From an uncultured bacterium (GTDB taxonomy: Bacteria; Babelota; Babeliae; Babelales; Babelaceae), in assembly GCA_963824495.1 (NCBI GenBank), contig CAWGPQ010000005.1:32001-96000 (forward strand): 64,000 nt of DNA, given 5' to 3'. The notes under the pieces were generated by a model. That model was not told the origin of the DNA. It saw only the letters and a program-made list of their open reading frames with translations, and did not search any database. Made by a program: the position numbers and the translations under genes. Below are positions 57,243 to 64,000 of this stretch, in pieces. Within the stretch, counting starts at the first letter, position 1. The number at the start of each line of letters is the position of its first letter.

Positions 57243-59618
57243 ATGAAATTATATATACTATCGCTTATGACTATCTTTTCCGGTGCCTTATTGGCTAACG
57301 ATAGTAACTTTAATATAGCTCCTTCAGAACCATTGATGCTTGAGGGAAATTATGAAGAGATACTTACACAACTCGAATCACAAAGATGGAAGAACAACGA
57401 AGACGGAATTAGCACCATTATAGCTCACTTACCTGATGAGTTTTTAGACATATAACTGAAAGTACGATTGAAACTTCATTCATGCGTCTCTCGCAAATAC
57501 CATCAACTATACCACTTATGCTTGTTTGCTATAAAGATGATCTTCAGCTATTAGAGCATTCTTTATCAGCATTTAAAAGTGCTAGATCCCTTTTGCGTTT
57601 TTGTCTTATGTTTGACCATCACCATGATCTCTATGTACTTGAACTTGAAGGATATTCAGCTGCAACACACGAGACTTCACATGAAACATATAACAAAGCT
57701 ACTCATGCTTTCTATAAAAAATACGGCCTACCCTACGATCAGCTGCTTGCACAACAAGGGCAAGTAATTCTAAAACAAGCACGCACATATGAGCGGAAGC
57801 GAGAGCAAGAAGCGGAACAAAGCAAGACACCGCTCTCACAGCTGCAGCTTTTGCAGGATATGTGAAGGCAGGCGAAACAAGCCCCAGACATAGCTCTCAC
57901 TGGTGTAATTGCAACGTTATCTGGATTTTTAATTGGTTATTATGACGTTCCAAGAAGGATCGATGACCATATTTCAACGAAGATCAGTGACCTGATTAGA
58001 TACTACAGGCAGGGTCAGGCTATGCATAATGTGAATTTTGGCAATCACGAACCTGGTGTTCGTAGATCTGAATTAGTGACCGTAGAGCAGGAGCCATGGG
58101 AACCTATAACGTTTGAAAGTTTACAAGATAGGGTTAAGCTTTTGCACGATGATGTCGAGCTTCTCCTGAATAAGTACACACAATATCCAACTCATGTTTT
58201 ACAAGAGCTCATTTTCTCGTTAAGTAAAGAGCTTCGAGTGCTTAAAGATAGCACCAAGAATTGGCCCAATTTAGATCAAGAAGAGTGCATGAAATTAGTA
58301 TCGAGTGCTGAGGCAAAAATCGCAACGTTATCGAATGTTGTCTTGTCAAGACAAAGCGATCTTGATCTAGAATTAAATGAATTAATGATATCCGGTAATT
58401 ATAATAAATCTATAGATTCAGTTTGTGCACTGCTCGAGCAAGGAGCTAACCCAAACGCTTTTCATAGAGAGAGGAAGCTTAGGCTACAGGGGGGCGAACT
58501 ATCCATGGGGGCTCTTCATTTGGCACTTATGCGGGGAAACAATACTACCAGCGATATAATAAGATTGTTACTTGAACATCGCACTGACCTAGTTTTTGAT
58601 CCCACAAGTAAGGGCTTTAATCCTCTTAAGTATGTTATTAGAGGAAATAAGAATCCAGCAGCTGACCCTATTCATGATGCTGGTGTTATCAAGCTTCTTC
58701 TTGATCATTGGGACTCGTATTCAAGGTCCACTGCGTTCACTTCCCCTATATGAAACAATATTTAGGGCTATCTTATGTAATGATCGAGATTGGGGTACTA
58801 TTAAGCTTTTGCTAAAATATGGTGTTCTATCAAACACTATTGAGCACGTTGGTGGGCGTATCGGCGGACCTACATTTGAAGATCTTTTTGATGACTTAAA
58901 GCTCATGGGTGATCGGTATCTTGCTTTGCATGAACGCTTAAAGATACTTAAGCTCTTATTAAGATCTGGTCTGTCTGAGATGGCTGCGCTTATAGGCGTA
59001 GTTAAATTAAATGGGCCAATGCCACCGTTAAGTTACAAGTTATTATTACCTTTAGACCGAACTTTTCTTAATGAACTTACAAAACAAGATGAACGCTTAA
59101 GAGAGCGTGATGATTTGGGTATGGGACCATTACGTTGGCTGTAGCTCTGGGTAACGTTGATGCTACCAAAAGGTTAATCGAAGTCGGTGCTGCTGTTAAT
59201 GCTCAAGATGATGATGGTAATACGCCCCTGCACTATGCGATGCAAAAACGGCTATAAGGATATAATTGAATATTTAATCAGAGCGGGCGCACAGTGTGCT
59301 ATAAAAAATACTGAGGGTGATACGCCTTTAGATAGTGCCGAGACGATTAAGCTGCATGGTCACGATAGGGAATCTGTAGCTAAAGCTGAAACTGCGCTTG
59401 AAACTATCAAGCATTTAGCGCGAGCTCGTTATCTGGTATCTAGAGGTGCTTATAAGGCTTATAAAGAGCGTAAGGCATGGTGGACCATCGCAGATAGCCA
59501 GCTTCCGGATGAGATTGGCCGTTATATTGATAAGCTTGCTCATGGTGTTACGCCCAGCATATCACCCTATTACTATTACGATTCTACGCAAAAGCGTGTT
59601 AGCTTACAACAAAATTAA
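57243..59618 (+). pseudogene. Fragmented large secreted protein: hydrolase-like remnant, TM segment and ankyrin repeats
   Basis: Five to six consecutive ORF pieces joinable by single-base shifts. Piece 57482-57865 resembles the C-half of 37044-38273; later pieces contain GANPN, GAAVNAQDDDGNTPLH and GDTPLD. Confidence 0.6.
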
Positions 59619-62073
59619 TAAGCTTATCAGGCACGTAAATTATCTTAGTGATAGTTTTATCTTTGAGCCATCGCACACCAGTTTCTTGAGCAGTTTGTTC
59701 TACTTCTGCTTGTGATACCCCACGAGGTAGCATAAGAATAGCACGTGTTTTACCATTAACTTGAAGAGCGATAGTAGCTTCTTCGATGATAGCTAACGCC
59801 GGATTATAGGTTGGCCAGGTACAATCTTCAAGCTTTTTATGAAAGAGAACTTCCAGTAATTCGCTTGTCATAAAGGGTGCCATAATGGATAAAGCAACAA
59901 TAACAGACTCAGCGTTCTCTCTGCTCAGCTGTAGCTGCTCGGCCATCATATCATTGAGCCATTCCATAAAGGCTGATATAGCAGTATTTGGCTTGAAGAG
60001 TATAATGCGCTCTGTAAACTCTTTAAGCAAACGGTGAACCCGTTTGGTAGCACGAATATCTTCTTGCTGTCCTGCAGAAAGTAACGTATCAGGATTGGTC
60101 ATGTATGCCCAGAAGCGCTGCAAGAATCGCTTTATACCTTCAAGGCCACTATCCTGCCATTCAGCATCAAGCTCTGGAGGTCCCATAAATAACATGTACA
60201 TACGTAACGCATCTGAGCCATATTCTTTGACTATATCGTCAGGGTTAACAACGTTACCCTTCGATTTAGACATTTTTTCTACAAGACCTGTTTTCTCTGA
60301 ATACTTGGTTATCATGCCCTGGTTAAACAAATGAGCAAAGGGCTCATCAAATGAGAGATAGCCCAGATCGTAGAGCACTTTTATATAAAATCGGGAATAT
60401 AATAAGTGTAATATAGCGTGCTCGATGCCACCAACATATAAGTCAACCGATAACCAGTAGGATATGTCATCTGCTGAAAATGGCCGATCTTGCATATGAG
60501 CATCGGGATAGCGTAAGAAGTACCAACAAGAGCCAGCCCATTGAGGCATGGTATTAGTTTCCCGTTTTGCAGGTTCTTTACATGTGGGACACGTTGTGTT
60601 AACCCATTCAGGTATTACTGCAAGGGGCGATTCACCAGTGCCCGTAGGCTGATAGCGCTCAACATCGGGGAGTTTAACTGGTAATTCGTACTCAGGGACA
60701 GGAACGATGCCACATTTTTTGCAATGAATTAAGGGAATAGGCTCGCCCCAATAACGTTGACGTGAAAAGATCCAGTCGCGCAATTTATACTGCGTTTTCT
60801 TGACAGCCAAGCCATGTTTGATGCAATAATCTATAATCTCTTGGCGAACGTCACCAGCACGTTGGCCTGCAAATTCCTGCGGTTCAGTGAGAATACCACG
60901 TTTTGTATCAGTGTAACAGACCTCAAATGCGGCAACTTTCTCGCGTAAGAGCTCATCTTCGGGGAATAAAACAGCTTTAAGCGGAATGCCGTATTTTTTT
61001 GCAAAAGCAAAATCTCGTTCATCATGTGCTGAACATTTAACGACACCGGTGCCATAGTCTGCTAGAGCAAAACTTGCTACCCAGATGGGCAAATCACCGT
61101 TACCAACTGGATCTATGATATAACGACCCGTAAAAATCCCCTCAGGCTCTTTTTCAGTATCCTGATCTTTATCCTGATCTTTGCCGTGTAAGCGCTTTTG
61201 AAGAAGCTCGTGGCAAAATGCTAAAATTTCGTCTTTATTGGCAATACCATCAAGCAATGCTGGAAGTAACGGATGATCAGGAGCTATAACAACAAACGTA
61301 TCTGCTTTAAATGCTTCAAAATGAGCCGAAAAAGTTTTAAGCTCGAGCGATGTGTCTTTAACCGGAGCGGTAAATACTAAGCCTTCACTTTTGCCAATCC
61401 AGTTACGTTGCATAGTTTTGACCTTTTCAGGCCATTCTAGGCGATCAAGTCCCTCAAGAAGTTTTTCAGCATACTGGGTAATTTTCAAAACCCATTGACG
61501 GATATTTTTTTCTTCAACATGTGTCGCGCACCGTTCACAGGTACCAGCGATAACTTCTTCGTTGGCAAGTCCGGTCAAGCAGCCTGGGCACCAATTAATA
61601 GGTGTTTGTGCTTCATATGCCAGACCCGCTTTATACATTTTTAAGAAGATCCATTGGGTCCATTTATAATACTCAGGATCGGTAGTATTAATCTCTTTTG
61701 ACCAATCGTATATGGCACCGATTTCTTTAAGCTGCTCTTTAAAGTGTGCAATATTTTTAGCAGTGCTAATTGCCGGATGAATGCCCTTTTTTAGTGCGTC
61801 ATTTTCTGCAGGAAGACCGAAAGCATCCCAACCCATAGGATGTAAAACATTATAACCCTGAAGCCATCGCATACGGGCATAGATATCAGAAAGCACATAG
61901 CCACGCCAATGGCCTACGTGCAATCCTGATCCTGAAGGATAGGGAAACATATCAAGACAATAAAATTTTTTACCAGATCCAGCAGGACGTGCTTGAGCAA
62001 CAGGATGTGTATCCCAGCGCTCCTGCCATTTTTTCTCAATTTCACGAATGTTATAATGGGGCATTTTTTCCAT
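59599..62073 (-). CDS. leuS: Leucyl-tRNA synthetase
   Basis: MFPYPSGSGLHVGH, PMGWDAFGLPAEN, DWIFSRQRYWG, GGIEHAILHLLY, KMSKS. Confidence 0.97.
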   Translation of the reverse strand: MEKMPHYNIREIEKKWQERWDTHPVAQARPAGSGKKFYCLDMFPYPSGSGLHVGHWRGYVLSDIYARMRWLQGYNVLHPMGWDAFGLPAENDALKKGIHPAISTAKNIAHFKEQLKEIGAIYDWSKEINTTDPEYYKWTQWIFLKMYKAGLAYEAQTPINWCPGCLTGLANEEVIAGTCERCATHVEEKNIRQWVLKITQYAEKLLEGLDRLEWPEKVKTMQRNWIGKSEGLVFTAPVKDTSLELKTFSAHFEAFKADTFVVIAPDHPLLPALLDGIANKDEILAFCHELLQKRLHGKDQDKDQDTEKEPEGIFTGRYIIDPVGNGDLPIWVASFALADYGTGVVKCSAHDERDFAFAKKYGIPLKAVLFPEDELLREKVAAFEVCYTDTKRGILTEPQEFAGQRAGDVRQEIIDYCIKHGLAVKKTQYKLRDWIFSRQRYWGEPIPLIHCKKCGIVPVPEYELPVKLPDVERYQPTGTGESPLAVIPEWVNTTCPTCKEPAKRETNTMPQWAGSCWYFLRYPDAHMQDRPFSADDISYWLSVDLYVGGIEHAILHLLYSRFYIKVLYDLGYLSFDEPFAHLFNQGMITKYSEKTGLVEKMSKSKGNVVNPDDIVKEYGSDALRMYMLFMGPPELDAEWQDSGLEGIKRFLQRFWAYMTNPDTLLSAGQQEDIRATKRVHRLLKEFTERIILFKPNTAISAFMEWLNDMMAEQLQLSRENAESVIVALSIMAPFMTSELLEVLFHKKLEDCTWPTYNPALAIIEEATIALQVNGKTRAILMLPRGVSQAEVEQTAQETGVRWLKDKTITKIIYVPDKLINFVVS

Positions 62074-62124
62074 TAGGTTTCCTGAAGCATGTATAGGCTA
62101 CGTATAGATCATGTATAGGTTAGG

Positions 62125-62553
62125 CTACAATCTTAACGATTGTAGCTCAGGATACTCTTTTTCGAGCTTGTTAAAAAATTTTTGCCATCGCATACATTTT
62201 AAGAGTCGCTTAACCTCGTTATTAAATGCTATGGAAAGTGTACCTAAGTGATCGGTGCTCAGCTCATCTTTTCCGTAAAGTGTATCAAAATGATTTTTAA
62301 TAGTAGCACATAAGTCCACTCTTTTATCAAATGACGAGTGTGCTCTATTGTTATGTAGATTTGATTTTTTTAGATTTTCTAGTATATCCTGCATACGTTG
62401 AAGGGTATGGTTAGCTTGTGCGTAAACCAGTTTGTCCTCAGAAGCTCTTAGAATGCTATCGGATGGTGCTATAGGATCCGGTTTATGAAGCACTGGGTAC
62501 AGTAACGTTGAGCTTAGAGTAGCTATCAACATAAAGCTTATATATAATTTCAT
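62125..62553 (-). CDS. Secreted hypothetical protein
   Basis: Signal-like MKLYISFMLIATLSS; lies between brnQ and leuS on the same strand. Confidence 0.65.
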   Translation of the reverse strand: MKLYISFMLIATLSSTLLYPVLHKPDPIAPSDSILRASEDKLVYAQANHTLQRMQDILENLKKSNLHNNRAHSSFDKRVDLCATIKNHFDTLYGKDELSTDHLGTLSIAFNNEVKRLLKCMRWQKFFNKLEKEYPELQSLRL

Positions 62554-62560
62554 GGTAACC

Positions 62561-63736
62561 CTAGAATAAAAATTGAGCTGCGAGCACTCCTGCAACAGTT
62601 AATCCTACAGGAACTTTGATCCACCTAAAGCCAAAGAGCTTATAAAGACTATTGCACACTGCTACAGCAACTATAACCGGATATAGTGCAAAAATAAACG
62701 GCTTTGAGGTTGACAATATTGCTGCTAATCCAAAGCATGAGGGTATCATGCAAACGCCAAGTAGTGTGAGTATCGTTAAGGGATAGCTTATCTTTTTTTG
62801 CAGGATATCGTTATGGACATATTCGCCAACAACTGCAGTAAGCGCCACGGTTGTAGTAAAGCATGCCAAAAATACTGTAAAGCCAATGAGCGCTGCACCA
62901 TAGGTGGCTAAAATGCGAAATGATATAGCGCTAAAGAGCTGTCCCTCATTAAGCGCATCAAGCCCATGGCCATAAAATACCCCAAGATAACTCATGCCAG
63001 CGTAAACCAACCCTAATAAGAGTGCAGCAATAACGCTTGATGCACCAGCGGTCAAAATAGTTTCTTTAAAAGTAGAAGCTTCTACCTTTTGTGTATCTTG
63101 TTGAAGCAGTGATACGATAATGGAGCCAAAAAATATCGCTCCAAGCAGATCAAGCGTTTGATAACCATACTCAATCCCTTTGGTAAGAGCTTGTGAAGCT
63201 GTAAGCGACACAGCAGCTCCCGATGTTTTTTTAATAAGACCTGCAAGAATAATAATAAGTAAACTGGTAATCTTTAAAGGACTTAAAATTCGACCAATAA
63301 TCGTTAAAAGCCTGCTAGGCTTATAGGTTGCGCCAAAGGCAAGCGCTAAGAATAAAGCAGCAAAGACGCCAACAGGCATAGCTGGTAAAAACGGCTGAAG
63401 CATCTCATACGATAACGTCACGATACGAGGCATAACGATTAATGGCCCTATAATCATCATGCACAAAAACGTCAAAATAAGACCTGGTAGTCTGCCAATG
63501 CGGCCAAAGAACGCTCTATAATCTCCCTGAAACGAGATAATAGAAAGAAGCCCAAGTAAGGGTAGCAGTACACCCGTTGCCGTAAAGCCCATAAGACCAG
63601 AAAAATTGTTTTGGCCAGAAAGCATGCCTACTTTAAGAGGAAGCATCAAATTTCCTGCACCAAAAAGCATGGCAAATATAGCAAGACTGGTGGTAAAAAT
63701 ACGCGAGAACGAAAAATTTCTCGAAAAGTTCCTCAT
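62561..63736 (-). CDS. brnQ: Branched-chain amino acid transport carrier
   Basis: FAMLFGAGNL, PRI, IGRILSP, GYQTLDLLGAIFFG, LACFTT, LYP; about 12 TM segments. Confidence 0.9.
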   Translation of the reverse strand: MRNFSRNFSFSRIFTTSLAIFAMLFGAGNLMLPLKVGMLSGQNNFSGLMGFTATGVLLPLLGLLSIISFQGDYRAFFGRIGRLPGLILTFLCMMIIGPLIVMPRIVTLSYEMLQPFLPAMPVGVFAALFLALAFGATYKPSRLLTIIGRILSPLKITSLLIIILAGLIKKTSGAAVSLTASQALTKGIEYGYQTLDLLGAIFFGSIIVSLLQQDTQKVEASTFKETILTAGASSVIAALLLGLVYAGMSYLGVFYGHGLDALNEGQLFSAISFRILATYGAALIGFTVFLACFTTTVALTAVVGEYVHNDILQKKISYPLTILTLLGVCMIPSCFGLAAILSTSKPFIFALYPVIVAVAVCNSLYKLFGFRWIKVPVGLTVAGVLAAQFLF

Positions 63737-64000
63737 GAGATTCCTGTTAGATTCCTGTTTTTTTATAAAGTATAGCGAAAGGTTGTAGTGCGCCGTAATC
63801 GAGAGTTACACCGATAGGGCCCAACAATAGGGACACATAAGAAGATACGCAGAGAAGCTGAGCAAGCTATAAAGAGCACGTGCGTCATACCGATCGCACA
63901 TAATACGTATCATAATCTACCTCCAAAACGCATACAAGTATCTACAAAAGTATACTAAAAACTGCTTAAAATGGCAATAGCCTAGTTGGAGCCATCTTTT

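Noticed and set aside
61159..61182. 12-bp duplication in leuS (KDQDKDQD)
   Set aside because: Small in-frame slippage in a variable loop; unlikely to matter.

Overview
AT-rich bacterial chromosomal window. The gene content points, by inference, to an intracellular parasite of protists such as Candidatus Dependentiae/Babelota (TM6): many signal-peptide proteins, ankyrin proteins, thimet-type M3 peptidases, scavenging functions and almost no biosynthesis. Housekeeping genes are aspS (3' part), murJ, a lolD-like ATPase, a deoxynucleoside kinase, alr, uvrB, a transaldolase, leuS and brnQ. The first 12 kb is an accessory region with two decayed toxin-antitoxin pairs, a GC-richer benzoylformate decarboxylase, a complete IS982-family element with an 8-bp target duplication, and a TetR/VOC/AlkD/MarR detoxification cluster. 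The most unusual parts are arrays of exported paralogs. (i) Three consecutive fibre-like genes of about 2268, 1814 and 693 aa carry a signal peptide, a shared N-terminal helical domain, Cys-rich beta repeats and phage-tail-fibre-like distal modules; the two giants are near-identical DNA modules at different copy numbers with a swapped tip. (ii) A tandem array of exported RGG/Gly-Tyr low-complexity proteins. (iii) Four secreted proteins sharing an unrecognised ~90-aa domain. Also notable: an exported J-domain-ankyrin protein, stand-alone LigD phosphoesterase and polymerase genes, and a LeuRS with a remodelled editing pocket. Many accessory genes have single-base frameshifts, mostly in homopolymers, which may be gene decay or sequencing error. 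No rRNA, tRNA or CRISPR array was recognised. All calls were made by eye, without database searches.
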